From NCBI GenBank assembly GCA_030141605.1, contig JAQGDQ010000006.1, forward strand, positions 310,001 through 374,000: DNA of 64,000 nt, in the 5' to 3' direction. A program made the translations under genes and the position numbers. This document shows positions 48,303 to 62,762 of the stretch, piece after piece. The DNA comes from Tubiluchus corallicola. Taxonomy: Eukaryota > Animalia > Priapulida. The notes under the pieces are model-generated. The model was not told where the DNA came from and made no database searches. It was given only the letters and a program-made list of their open reading frames with translations. How positions within the stretch are numbered: the first letter of the stretch is position 1; each line of letters begins with the position of its first letter.

Positions 48303-50824
48303 ATGTGCTCCGAAGCTCCACGGTGAGGGTAATCTCTAGTTTTTACTGTATAAGGATGAAATGCTTCTTATGTTGTTATAACGTAATTTCTCTAGTCTTG
48401 AGATAATCACTAGTTGTCATCGATATACTAATATGTAAGCTAAAACGTTCTTAGGCCGCCTAGATTCAGTTTAGTAGGTTTCGTAGAACAATTTGTACTA
48501 CAACGTCGAATCCATTGTTCATCGTAAATATCATAATGTTATCGTCTATATGCGTAGAGTCAATCGTCAATCCTGCTTTCTTATCTCAGGTACAACACGA
48601 ACATCGGAACGTGAAGGAAGTAGGAAACAGTGTTGAACTTTTTAACTCATAAACAGTTTACAAACCCTTTTTGAAGTAAGGGACCAATACCTAAGCTTCA
48701 GTCTAATAACTTTCGCATCCTTTTTCTCCACGTATGTCAGAAGTCTATCATCAAACTATTAATAAATAAAAAAGTAGGTAGATTTGGGTCTCCGGGTATC
48801 TGTTAAGGATTGACAGCAATAGTCCCAGAATTGGAAAATCACACAAATTAATTAAAAACTATCAAAATGCTAAGGTTTCACGTTGCTGTTTTGTTATTTT
48901 ATTTTTATTCTATTCGGTTTTTTTCATATTTAAGCGCAATTTTTACGTTCGTTTTTTGCGATATTCTATGCAAGTTTCATTGCCAGTGGAAATGAAGCAA
49001 AAGCAGCTGGAACAGTAAAACTCGGCGGCGGTTTCTTAAGCTGACTGAGGCACTTACTGACTTTGCAGCTTTACTGATTTACTACAGGCAAGTAAATTAA
49101 ATTTCGTTCGTGAAATATACTGTTTCAATGAACACAATTCCTGCAGGCGACTTCTTTTTCAACGGCCGAACAAGCATTGACCTTTGCTGAAGCGAATAAT
49201 GATTGTGGCACAAGTAAGGTAGTCGGCGGACTTTTATGGCGGCTTGAAGAAAATGCAAGACATCAGTGATCGATCCCTTCATTCCTGTAAAACTGTCCTC
49301 GTTTGGCTTTTGTTTCGAAATGAGTTTTCAGGTTAGCGCGCAATGTACAGTGCCGTAATGCGCGCACTTCAAGAAAAAATGCGAATACTTTGGGGTAGTT
49401 GAAACAACATTGCAACCTCGATCGCACCGACACATTTGTGCTTGTATTCTAAATGCGCAATTTAACTTCTTCGATTATATATGCTCCAGAAACTGCATGA
49501 ATGCAAATTCTTTTATAACATCTTGGGAAATTCGCGATTTGTATGATTCGTAACGCGATCATCAAGAGAACGTCCCCAATGAAGAATATTTAACGTAATA
49601 AAGAAATAGCTGCTCGTTAACGGAAAACTTTTATTAGGATCTTAGTCTTGCAGTCTCTACGTAATAATGACGAGTAGTCAGCAGCAAATACATAATAACG
49701 GAAAAATACACATAATGGCAGTACGTTGTACAAGCGTTATGTTACCATTATGTTAGCATACAGCATTGTACAATACTGTACATTACACTAAGAAGAAAAA
49801 AGCAAAAAGAGGATAAGGTGAATACGAACAATAAAAATGCTAAAGATAACTAACAAAGCTAACGAGAACAATAGAAATAAAAGAGAAAAATAAAGAAATG
49901 GAAACCATGCAGCACCACCGTCTCGAATAATGCGTTCACATTTTTCTTTTTTCACAAAATCGGCAAATTGTGCTGCAAGGATGCATTTGTTAGCAATTAC
50001 CGGGAAATGGCCGGAATCGTTTATGAATATTCATTACTAACCTACTTACCCCTCCCCCCACCCACTTTGCCGGATAATTTGAAAGCAGCTACAGTGTATG
50101 ACTTCTGTTCCCTGTCCAAGTCAATTCTTTTCATTTTGCAGCACAGAATCGATTCCCAGCAAGGTGTGCTCGCACTGTCAATAGAAGATTTATGCTGAAG
50201 CGAATTTTTCTTCGATTAAATAATGAAAGGAACCAGCAGGAAGATAACGCAAGGAGAGTCTTTTAATAATTAAGCAACTCAGTTGCAGGAGATTGAGATT
50301 GAATTGCAATAGATCGGTCAGGTAGTTGTGATATTAAGGACAGCATGATGGGTGGTGGGATACAAAAACGATGTTACTAGTGGTGTTTTCACTAAATAAG
50401 TTTTTGACATTCATAAAAATGATAGTGTACAACAACAAAATAAAAACAATAAAACAGTAGCGACTGATGACCCAAGAAAATTCAAGAAACACTAGTATAG
50501 TATAAACAACAACTTAAAAAACAATGAACACTAAAACTATTAATTTGTCAGTTGGTATAAAGCAATGCCTGTGTTGATGTACTTACATTGCAAACAGAGC
50601 TAGGTTAAAGATACGTACCTTTTGTAGCCTTACTGAAATAATCAAAATATTTTCCTATACATAAGGTCGTCCAGAAAAAGTTCCTTTAAATTAAATGAAC
50701 GTTCTTCATCTTGGTAGAGGCATTTTACGACTTATTTTGGGTAAAGTTTTTTCAGCAAGCTGTAGTTTTTTCTTGAACATAAAAACGCTCGTCGTTAAAA
50801 GCGAGGCTCTCATTAGAGCGTAAG

Positions 50825-50903
50825 TCACACCACAGTAGTTAACACTTATAATTTGCATGCAGAAGGCCCCTGGTTCGAATTCAGGCTGCATCCCCACTTT
50901 TTC
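50825..50903 (+). pseudogene. Degenerate tRNA-like sequence (tRNA pseudogene or SINE head, anticodon-like TGC)
   Basis: tttgcatgcagaaggcccctggttcgaattcaggctgcatcccca followed by T6 gives a T-loop/B-box GGTTCGAAT and an Ala-like 3' half; the 5' half does not pair. Confidence 0.5.
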
Positions 50904-51832
50904 ACATTTCCTGTCTTTCAAGTTTGTTATCAAGATTTAATTAATTTTGAGTTAATTAACATCATTAGCGCTTACAATTTCTGAAGCATATTTATGTTAT
51001 ACTTTGCCACATCATACATGTACAATTGTACATATTATTGAATATTTACTTTCACCGTAAGTGAAGAAGTGATAGTAATGTGGGTCCAGCTGTATGTACT
51101 AATTTTAATATGATAGAAGCTCCTATAGGCAAACATTTTGCGAAAATAGCGTGACTTAGGATCTAATGAATACGTTTATAATAGCCAGACAAGTGACAGT
51201 AAACAAAGTTTCATGAAGCCTGTAGATGAGCTATATATCAATTATATTTAATCTAAATCAAGAGTCATGTGTAGTCAATAAAAAAACGGATCATGCGACC
51301 AAAAACATCAACAATTTGATGGTGCTTCATTATATAGAATCATCAATGTCCTGTTAGCATGCTTTCGCCTTTTAAAAGGCGAAGGTTGCTTGTTTGTGCT
51401 CTTTAGCAAAGTACATGAAATGGTCAGAGGAAAAATGAGCGCAGTAACTTCCCAAGTTGTTAGCTAGCCTTGTAATTTCTCTGTATAACAAAAGCATGCT
51501 TTTTCGTAGATTCATCGATCCCTGGGGCTAGTACATGTGCTTTTGGTGCTTCATTGTATTGGAATCAGCTGTCAGTTGCAGCCTGAACTAATCAAGCGTA
51601 AACACAACATACTTCACATATGAGTAAACACCTCAATGCATTTTTCTAAAGACGTGGTTTTGGAAAACCACCATCGAGGAAGAACAACAATAGAACAATG
51701 CCCACCCCTGTGCTAGTAAGGTTTCTGGAGTGCATCATGTGTGGCCCCAAAGAAACTAATTTCCCATTTATAGAAGACGTTACAAGATGATGACTGATGG
51801 CCTGAAAAACATTTTTGTTGACGTGAAAAACA

Positions 51833-51990
51833 TACGCACGCACGCACGCACACACACACACACACGCGCACGCACGCACGCACGCTCGCACGCACGCACG
51901 CACGCACACACACACATATATATAATAAACAGATAGATATACAGAGACGGACAGACAAACTGACTGACTGACTGACAGATAGATAGATAA
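51833..51990. repeat. Compound microsatellite (GCAC)n(CA)n...(GACT)n(GATA)n
   Basis: Directly visible. Confidence 0.92.
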
Positions 51991-54900
51991 GATCAAATAA
52001 ACAGTTACTTTACGTCGACTTTGGCAACAAATAAAACAAACTCATAATGAACTTCAGTCACCGATAGATTCGCGGCAATAGTTTACATACAGCTATTATT
52101 GCATTCGCGTTATTTATTCAGAGTTCAAACAGTAACACCAACATTCAGTCCCGTAATTTGGAAATTTGGGTTAACTTTCGGTATTAGATATAAGCAATCC
52201 GGAATGCAATTTCCGCAAATTTCATGTCTCAACAGTATCAAGCTTTTTGAAACTCCGCTCGCGTACTGCCGTATATAATCGCAATATTGTTCTGGGCTTC
52301 GCTCATGATGGCGGTTCTAAAAAGAAGAGGGAGACAGTAGCTAGTAATGTAGCTATATTTAGAAAAAGGGTCTTCCGCGCTAGTACAAAAAGCTTACTAA
52401 TTTAACTGAATGCGTGTGCGTTACGAGTTTGCTTATTATATAAATAAGATAGTAAAATTGTAGTGTAACCCCAAGTTTTTTATTCTAGGAACTCCTCGCA
52501 TTAGGGTGGATATTTATGAGACCAGTGCTAAAAGAAGCGCTCGCTATTCCCCAAGAATTCACTGTGGAGTAGTTTAACTCACGACGGCAATAAATATCAT
52601 ACAAATCCACCACGCTAAATTAACTTTCCATGAGAAAAGCTTTTATGTCGTACTATTAAAAGTTTCATGTCGGAGACAATTTTTTCACTTTTAACGTTTT
52701 CCTATGAGAGTCTGGACGAATTTATGAACAGGAGTGTAATGCGCGAAGAAAACCCGCGGGGATGGTACATCATAAATGAGAGCAAAACAAATGCAGAGGT
52801 GGGTTAATCTTTTGTAGATATTAGATGCGATGTAAGTGAGCGTAAGCGATTTTTTTAACTGTGCGTATGTAAACTGTATATAAAACTTCAATCATTCAAT
52901 TTCAACAAAAAAGAAAATGCCCACCCATGCTAATTTAAATGAAGCGCTTTTTAGCGTGGACACAAACATACATAATATTGAAACTCTGTTTACAAAAACC
53001 TGTCAAAATACACAGATAAATCGTGTTGTGATGCTCGCTTCCAAAAGCTGTTAATTTTTGTAAACATTCCAGTCTGCCAGTCCATAGATAGTACTCAGTT
53101 GCAAATTTATTTTATGAATGTTGATCTAGCACACATAAATCTTATGCTCCTGACCTCTCAATGCATCGCTAAAGGCAAAATATAATTGGGTGTCAAAATA
53201 TACTTTAGATATTAGTGATAACTATTGCTTTATTTAAAAATTAGCGAAAAGCTCTGTGCAGGCAAAAATAAGCTGTATTAATTATGGCATGAAATCTTTA
53301 GCGCACAAGCAAAAGAGGCTACTGTAGCAGACTTTTTCTGGCTGTATTTATACAAATTACGCCACAGACGTCCAAAATAATCTTGGAATAGGCCTATATC
53401 AAGTAATAAGGCTATCAATTTACTTATTAAACTCTAGGTATGTGGAAACTATATAGGGGAGACTTATATGGTGTCCCATTAGGCTGTATGGACAATAGTA
53501 AGCTGAATACTCTTGCGAATCAAGTATCTGATTTACAAATAAATTGTGTTAATACAAGCATGCACTTAAAGATAACAATTAGCCTTTCTGGCTAAATTTC
53601 ATGAAAACTGTTATTGTTGTAAATCACAAAAACAGTTCAGATAAACACATACTAACTTATTTTAACCTGCAATTTCTCAAAGGCGCTTTATTGGGTTTTT
53701 GTACAAATGAATGAACTGATTGTAATTTCAGTGATTATCCGTGTATAATATTCAATCACAGAAGCAGCAGCAGGTTTCAGTTTTCTTTTCCTTGCGGACC
53801 TCACATTAAGTCAGATAGTATATCTGGGTCTGCTCTGGCTCAAAACCGTCGTCGGTAAAGTGGAGTGAACACAATATAGGCCTACTACGAAAATTTACTT
53901 AGTATATTTATATTCTATGGAAGGAATAAGCCCTCTCATGCTGCATCGGTTTCCAATTCTTTTTTCGACAATGACACCTAAAAAACTAATGTTACGTTTA
54001 AAATTTTCTCCTTGTGGAGGGTAAATTTTATCCTTGCAACTTTATCCAACGTAGAGAGATTTAATATAAGTTCCTTCGAACTTATTAGCCAAACCTATTA
54101 ACAGTTTTTATGTTTTCTGCAGTAATTTACATATTTTGTAATTTGATAATAAAATACAAATTAATTTTATTCCTTGGAAAACGTAAAAACAATCCCTCAT
54201 TGTCTAAAACAGTATAAAAGCGACAGAAGACATCCTGGCAGTGAGACACTTAAAAAGCAGGAATGATCAGAAAACACCCAAAAGAGAAAATTTAATCTCG
54301 TTGCAATATCTCATGTACTGCATTGAAGTAGATGTGGACAAATCTATAACTTGAACTTAACATCAAAAAATTTCTTCAGCGCTGCTTTAAGCCGTGTCAT
54401 GGTACACCTTTAAACGTACTCTTTGTTTAATCTATTATAGTATTCTTGTTTTCAGTATTACTTATAGTGCCACCGCTATGTATAATATTGGACAAATATC
54501 ACTAAACTTTTAATAACCAAATGAACATTTAATTTGCAAAATTAAACTTAAAGCACTAAAAGTAGATTAACGTGCCATTTCTTTTTCTTTTACTTTTCCC
54601 TGTTGATGGACAAAATATAGTTCATCTTTAATAAGGCAAAGTGAGAATGAAGAACGGTTATAAAAGTCGCTGAAGCTCCACCTATTAAGAAAATTGACTA
54701 TAATTTATATTGGACTAATCATGAAAATGTTGCCCATTTAAACTTTTAGAGGAAATACGAATGTAGGATTAATAAAAATATCGCTGACCAGAATACCTGA
54801 ATGTCGACCAAAATGCAAGTTTGTATTTCCAGCTTATAACGCAAATGTCAAGTATTTTATAACCATAAATTACAAAGCCCTAAATAATGTATGATGTAAT

Positions 54901-57154
54901 GTATGATGTCAAGTATATTGTAACCTTGTAACCATGTATGATACAAAACCCTAAATAATGTAATGCCAAATAAAATAAGAACACTATTTATATTGAAGCT
55001 AAGTAATTAATACAGCACGAGTAGCTTAGGTATGGTAAAAACTATCACTCACCTCTATATTATTGTTATTATGGACTTTTCAAGTTTTCTCGCCTTCAGA
55101 CACTACTAAGTGTAAAATTGTAGGTAAGCCAAACACTCAACGTAGTTATTCCTAATGAACTTGTATTAATACATATGTATATCCTTCACCATCTCTGATG
55201 TTTCAGATAATACAATGCAAACGTATTATGCAGAAAACATACGCAAAATACGTATAATACGTTAACGACAAAATTTGATAGGTCAATAGACCGGCCACTG
55301 TTGCATTACATAACGAAGTTTTTACACATTAACAATTTTAACTAGATTTTTTATGTGACACACGCACGTACATCACTTCTCAGTGCTTCTAGGTAGAATA
55401 CGGATCTTCTTTTAGGAAATCGAGGGTTAATGAGTGCATCTGTCAAGGATGTTATACAATTTCCCTCGTGATATGAACGGATAACGTTGCGCACGTGCGC
55501 CAGATGCAATTATTATCCAGTAAATTGCACGAATGAAGTTAAGACAGGATTATTGCGTTCTAAAACGTTGTTACGAAACATGCCCGCTGCCCAGAGCTGC
55601 GTGCAAGTGGTAATTAAGCAATTTAGAGAATTGGCGCGCGCATGCGCAGAAGGCTCCTACGAAAACTATCACTTATGCAGTACGCTTTGATTATTTTCCT
55701 TGGTTATTCACCTAAAATTATATCAGCATGCGTCACATTGTCATGCAGACACATTTTACTATATTCATAATTATGGTCATAATAAACTAGTAGCCTCCAG
55801 GATAGTTCGTGAGGATATATTTGTACATTACAAAGCTTGGATTAGTTACCAGGGATATTGGAAAATATATGAAGTTCTGTTCACAAAACTCAATGATGGC
55901 GGAGACAAACTATTTACGTAAAACAGCGGTTACTTGTCCGTCCAAAATAACGGCTGAAATCAGAAGATGCAATTATCAGGACAGGATTTTAAGGTCATAT
56001 ATAGATTATTATAAGACCATAGTGTTTCGCTTTTTCCAAATTTGTATAAAACATTTTTGAAAACATTCAGCTCACTAGATGTATAATGATTATGATGATA
56101 AATCTTTATTTTAGTAAGCGTACATATATTATATATTTATATATAGGGCCTCTATTTGCAGGCCGGATTATGTAGTGTTAACTATACCGTTTACAAATAA
56201 GTATGAAACTACTATCCTATAAACTATCGATAGTACTTTCAGCGTATTTCTATATTATAAAGTTATATCAACTTATTATTTTCTCTTAGCTAATACATTC
56301 TTTCATTCATAAAATAAAATAAAAAAATAAAAAAATAGATAGATATTCTACGCAGTCGTGTTGTTGCGCCATCTGTGGTTTGATATCAAACAATACTGAT
56401 ACATTACTTTGGTCTCTATTATCTATGCCTATTATACAATTCGAGTTCACACACATCAGCATTCGCACCATTTAGCAAAGAAATGCTTAAAATCATCGAG
56501 TCAATGAAATTTCTTAAGAACTTTGTAAGTGTGGCTTCTGAGACCACGTGCTGGAAGCACAACGGACTGACAAAAATCTCATTGACTAGGCTACACATTT
56601 TGAACAGATCAACCATCTAATAATGATAATAATAATGCTAATAATAATAATAGATTGCTGAAACAAAAATTTCAAAGACAGTAATAAATTGGCTACACAC
56701 TAAATGATTCTTTAAATAGGCTGAAAAAATGTTATATTACAGTAATGAGATGTAATGAAAATTAATTAGTTTAGATTACTTGAATGACCTAGGCTTGATA
56801 ATTAAAGATTTATAACAACCGCAGGCCAGCACTTTTGCAACTTGTTTGTTTGTAGACGATATTCGACGTTACTGCTGCAAAAATTAAAGCAAAATCCCGG
56901 CTTTTTATTATTATTTTCAATTTAATTAACTTTTCCTTTACTGTTAGTATGTTTATCGAAGTATTATTATTGTTATTCTGGCATACGTAGAAATTCCACG
57001 ATAAGGCGAAAAAATAATAGTTTTTCTCTCGCAAACTCCAATGCATGTAATGACAATTTTATCAGAAAACGTCTCGTACAATAACTGATCTATGACTGTA
57101 AACATCGTAATGAATAATGTATTGCCCACCGCTACGCTACATCGTAGCCCACCG

Positions 57155-57580
57155 ACATCATCAGATTTTATTAGCAGCTGCACTCGTCGCAGTTTTCACC
57201 GGGAGAATACCTTAAAATAGCGCTCCATGCCTTTTTTCGCGGGATACATATTAATTACTCATTAATCAGGCAGTGCATCGCAAATTTTTTTTATCAAATT
57301 ACTGTGAAGTAAATCGGTTCAAATAGAATAAGTTCAACATGATTTTCGTGATACTGTATTTCTCCTTTACATGATTGGGCAAATACTAATTTCGTCAAAA
57401 GATGGCGCTGCTCTGCAACTACAGTCCCTATATGATACTCCAACTATGGCTAGAGTATTATTTTATAGAATCCCTGAGCAACTACTATCTGGTATTACTC
57501 GCTCGAACACGTTTTATAAGATATTTCAGAAATTTTAGTCCTAGCAACTAATATTTCTTTCAAATATAGCTGAGGCAATA
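57155..57580 (+). repeat. Interspersed repeat copy 1 (about 430 bp), direct repeat of 58579-59010
   Basis: Shared blocks acatca.cagatt, gcagtttt..ccgggaga.taccttaaa, gcgggatac, ttactcattaatcaggca, agatggcgctgctctgcaacta, gaacac.gttt, tagctgag. Confidence 0.85.
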
Positions 57581-57639
57581 CGACCTTCGATACATATGTA
57601 CCGTTTTACAATTTCATCAGACATCAAAAAATGTCGTTC

Positions 57640-58150
57640 CATCAGACATTATTCGCTGCGTGATCCGTACCTTTTAAAACCTACCGCTCAATTATATAAT
57701 GTTTATTAAAAGAGCAGTTAGCTGAGAATTGGATTAAGGCAGGCATATATTAGTAAAACTGTTTTTAAACGTCTTGTTTCTAAAGAGTCAGAACAGCCTA
57801 CAATAAATTTTTGTGTAAAAAAAAGAATGAAGACAAAAAGGATGAAATGTTAACAAATAGATTTATTTTGAATTTTCCTCAGTTGAAATATGATTTATTT
57901 ACTCGCAAGCTGACAGATAGTCAAGTATGTTCTTGTAATAGATTGCGGGAAAATGATCAATGTACACGTTATAGAAATGAACGAAATATCTTCTTAAATA
58001 AATTTATTTTTAACATTTTTATTAGCCAGCAGAAATTTGTAATTTTTAGTTATAAATCTATATGCAATACTATGTTAAATTTATTGAAATCTAAGTAAAG
58101 ATTTCATAATAAAGTTAAAAAATTTATAATCAACCAAGAGGTTTAGATAA
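57640..58150 (+). mobile_element. Decayed LINE ORF2 3' end
   Basis: LNFPQLKYDLFTRKLTDSQVCSCN...C.RY.NER..FLN and a later FII.TKRF-like segment resemble the Cys-motif tail of L2/Daphne-group LINE ORF2. Confidence 0.55.
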
Positions 58151-58406
58151 AATACATTTAGTCTTATAACTTTAATAACTGAAGAATGATTACAATATTT
58201 CCATTGTTCGTGATGACTGCAGCTTGCACTTTTTCTGTTTTAATCATGTAATTTCATATATTGTTAAAAAATTACTGCATTGTTTAATGCCCAGATGATA
58301 TATATTATGAATAATTGAATATATGTATGCTTAATTGATGCTAGCACAAGTATTTTAATGCTCTGACTCACTAGTTTTGTTAATCCACGTTAAATCAATA
58401 AATATC

Positions 58407-58513
<107 letters not shown>

Positions 58514-58578
58514 TATATATATATATATTATGTATATATTATTATTACTATTATTATTATTGTATATATAAAACTGTT

Positions 58579-59010
58579 ACATCACCAGATTCTACTAGCA
58601 GCTGTACTAATTCGCAGTTTTCCCCGGGAGAGTACCTTAAACAGCGCTCCATGGCTTTTGTCGCGGGATACAAATAAGTTTGTTACTCATTAATCAGGCA
58701 ATGCAGCGTAAAAATATTTCTACCAAATTACTGTGGGGTAAATTAGTTATAAAATAAGTTCAAATTGATTTGCGCATGTTCTTCCTATACATGACAGCGC
58801 ATATACAAATTTCGCCGAGAGATGGCGCTGCTCTGCAACTATGGCAGTGTCCTTATTATGTTACCCTACTATGGCTATAGGTATTATTTCACTGAAATAC
58901 CCTGAGCGTATCCTATACTGAAGTATCGTTCGGTTGAACACGTTTCACAAGATATTTCAAAAATTTTAGATTTAGCAATTAATATTTTTTTCCAAATGTA
59001 GCTGAGCAAT
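58579..59010 (+). repeat. Interspersed repeat copy 2
   Basis: Direct repeat of 57155-57580. Confidence 0.85.
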
Positions 59011-61279
59011 AAGGCAGTAAGTTACAATTAGCAATCAAGTGATTTTCATTAAAATAATCGATAACTGTTTGGCAATGTAGGTCACAAATTTTTAATTTGA
59101 AAAACGGTTTTGTAAATTTTGTTTGCTAACGCGAAGCATGAGCTAACATTAATAGCTGTTCAAAGTCTACTGTGTAGGATAAGAGTGATAAAAATACCCA
59201 AAATTAAACGGATCTCTATTCTACTTAATGCAATTTCATATCAAGAATCACATAGAGGCCATTTACCAGGAAATTTAAAAAAGAGATTTTCGTTCGTTAA
59301 TAATCCAGTTAAAACTACAGGACAGCGGGACAATTGCAGGAACTACTTTGGAAACAATGTGTTTGTCGTGGCGATCTACACGAGGATTTAAAAAATTGTT
59401 TTAGTGTACATATTTCTAAAAAACGGGTCAAATTAAAATCTTAGTGAAATATAAATAGTTGATGTCATTTTATAAAATGTGCATTTATCTTAAACATGTT
59501 TTTAATATGTGCATCATCTTTTATAACTAGATGAAACATATGATAATAATAATTTTTAATAATAACGTTGTTTAATTTATCTGAGAGGGGAAGAACACTA
59601 TAAGTATTATACTTCATCCTGACATTTCATATATTAAATTAAATTGTATATTATTTTAAATTGTAATTTTAATTTCCACGTTGCCTTAACTATTATTATT
59701 TTCTATGTACATTTTATGTATGAAATAAATAAATAATAAAAACATTGCATTAGTTTAGTGACTTTTGATGATTCAGCATTAATTCGCGAACCCGTCAGTT
59801 GTCACTTTGAAAAATTGTGACATTTTCATGATTTCTCACTCGTAAGGTGACATGTGGTGTCATTCGCCTTTAACATAACTTTTTACAATTCGAGATCATA
59901 TTGTGCACCACGTGGCATTTCAGTATTAAGTAATTCAGGTATAAAAACTCGCGTTGGCCTCTGCCTCTAACAGACACCATATGGCAGCTTTTCGCTCCTC
60001 TTTATGACGTATTATAAAATACGCAGATATGTGAATATGAGAAATGCAGCTACAGCGGGGGGACGCTTTAATAAAAAATCAGTTTATAACAATCTCTCGG
60101 AAAAGTTTTATGATACCCGTGGCGCCATCTCCTTACATACACAGTGTTTATACGCTGGTTACGAGTTCAATAAAATACTGTAATTTTGTTCAAAGAGTTT
60201 CAGCAATGTAACTTAAGGAAAATTGTAAACGTATTGACAAGGATTGTCCAAAAAGTGATACGAACTTTACAACCCGTACAGCTTGGCATTAGCGGTTGAA
60301 CGCTGTGCTTAATGAACGCAAATCAAAATCAATTTTACAGAAATTTCGTCGTTTTAATTTTTGTCCCACATCAAATAATACGCAAATAATTCTTTAAATT
60401 GATTTAGAGATATACATAGTCAGTAATTATGCAATATTTATGCTAAACCAATATCCGATCGTACAAAAATTTTTGCTTTTATTGCTCAACTTTTCATGAA
60501 TAAAAGAAACGCATTTATTGCGTAAATGTTTATGACTATTGCCTGCTAGAGTGTTATGGTTGTGTTCGGAATGCATCGAGTGTCATATATTATTAGCAAA
60601 AGTAGATGTTGGCGCCGAACTAAATAAACCAAATCAATTGCGCGATGGATTTAAATCTAATTCAAATCAACGTCCGCCTTCCCAAATACACGAATAAATA
60701 TTCAAAATGCGAATGCTGGAAATATATATAATCCTAGTTTGCATAAAATCGCTCTCTCAGGGAAACGCTGTTCCGCCTTTTGGCTGGGATCCTTATCGTG
60801 AGATCACATTCCTCAAATTAAAGAAACTTGAAGACGTGGCATTGTTGACTGTTCTCTCTCCTGTTTCAGCTAAGTTTATGGTAACAAACAGTAAGATCTC
60901 GTTCAAGCGTCAATATCCATGAAAGGAAGAGATCAATTGAGGAGGATTGACCGTGCCCTTATCAGACGTTCCCATCTCCGGCAATCGGCGAGAGACGGAT
61001 TTGAAAACTGGTTCTACTGCTGACTTACTCTGCAGACAATGATCTTATCAACATGGTGAAAATTATGCATGCAATGATGCACACAACTCGGCGGTTCTAC
61101 TTGGAATGGAAAAACTGATGAAAATGATAACAGCTGATGAAAGATAAGCTTAGATAATATAGCTTGTACAATACAGTGCTTATTATGGTGAAACACTTCG
61201 ACCCTTCCTTTCCAAATGGAAATTATTAATTAATGTGTTTAACACTTGTAAATTTTCTGTCGCAATTGAGTCTCTTGCC

Positions 61280-61440
61280 AGCTATATCATCATCAATTTT
61301 AAACGCCCTTATCTTCATCATCATCATCTACATCGTCGTCGTCGTCTGCATAATCATCATCTTGCCTCATCGCTCTTGTCGTCATCGGTGCTCTTGTCAT
61401 CATCCATCGTCCTCGTCGTCAACATGGTTGTCGTCTCTAT
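61280..61440. repeat. Degenerate (CAT)/(CGT) trinucleotide low-complexity tract
   Basis: catcatcatcat...cgtcgtcgtcgt...catcgtcctcgtcgtc. Confidence 0.8.
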
Positions 61441-62593
61441 GTTACTGATTCCACTATGCTGGTCTTTTCTCTTAACAACTATGGCAACTTTGAGGTTTTG
61501 TTCCTTCACAGCACAAATTATTTTGTTTTACAGGGACAAAGAAGCAAACACTCAAGCAGCACTTGCAAGAAAATAAGTACTGACAAAGGCAAACAGCAAA
61601 ATACAGTCTTTGTAAATTATGCTTTGTCTTAAAGATAGCAACCTAACAATAGTTAGGTATTACAATATGTAAGATATAAATAATATTATTTAATTGTCAT
61701 TAAATTTTTGCATATTTTAAAATGGAAGTCGAACTAAATGCCAATTTTATAAATGTTGTAAAGTAAAATAAAAACATTAAGGTTTATCCTTTTTCCAGTA
61801 GCGTGAAAACGCGTGTAATATTAATTTAATCGTGCGTAACACGCACAGCATGCCATAATACAAGTAGTGGTTTCAATTTCCAGGCTGATCCAACTTTACA
61901 AATATTGGCAGACTGGTAAATGCTAGTTTTGCCGTGTTTGCACAGTTCAAATTTAATGCCAAAATGAAACAGCCGGCGGCGTTGTTTGTTAGCGATACAG
62001 GCAGCTAACATGACGATGGCTCCGCGGTGGCGCGGCAGTAAGCCTGTGACTTTTAAACAAGGAAAAACTTGTTGCATTCGATATTTGACAGCCGCTCAAT
62101 TCGTTTCGTGGTGGAGTCGCTCTGGTTCTGCGTTACAAAAGTAATTATCTTTGATTAAAAATAATTGACGTGATGGTGTAATAACGATAAACAGCGCTTG
62201 TGTGGCTATCAGGAAAATCAAAAGAAGACTGGCGTTTTACTGACAACAATCTACTGGTACTTTCTACACCAACGACTTTCTGGCGCCGGCGGATTCGGGC
62301 CGAATCGCGTCAGTGCTTGTTGGATTGTGCCGCCTTTCACTCCGCCTGTACCATTTTTACCTCCATCAACAAAACCAACATTTCCCTTATTATCCATTAG
62401 TGTTGGCCCTAGTTAATAACCCGTAATAACCCTGCGTATTATGGTAAACCGGTTCGCGGCCCCGAAACGGCGCATCGAATCTCTTTGACTGACGTTAATG
62501 TAGAAGCGTGAAGTGAAGAAGCTAGTGTGCAGTCAGTTGGACAAGTTGTGTTATCTGTTCGCTCCATCTTTCACAAATGGTAGCATCACTCAT

Positions 62594-62762
62594 TCAGTTG
62601 ACATCGGTTAAATAAACGTCGTGTTCCTGTACTGGTAGATGATTTTCGACTGATGGCTTAGCTTCAGCGTCAGAAATTTTCACGTTTCGGCGAGGATAAT
62701 TCGGGCTAGTTGTTTCCGTGATGACCACTCTATCTTGGTTATATTGGGACAAATGAAAATTG
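62594..62762 (-). CDS. Possible terminal coding exon of an unidentified gene
   Basis: Acceptor ttgtgtcctgcatag, then a 55-codon open frame NFHLSQYNQDRVVITETTSPNYPRRNVKISDAEAKPSVENHLPVQEHDVYLTDVN and TGA; GC above background. No homology recognised. Confidence 0.35.

Noticed and set aside
55053-55200. Strong minus-strand donor GAG|GTGAGT at 55052 as a coding exon
   Set aside because: No sensible open frame; it may be a non-coding 5' exon of the Ly6 gene, but this cannot be supported without transcript data.
61233-61576. His/Arg/Ser-rich ORFs
   Set aside because: Explained by a degenerate CAT/CGT trinucleotide tract, with no splice or domain support.
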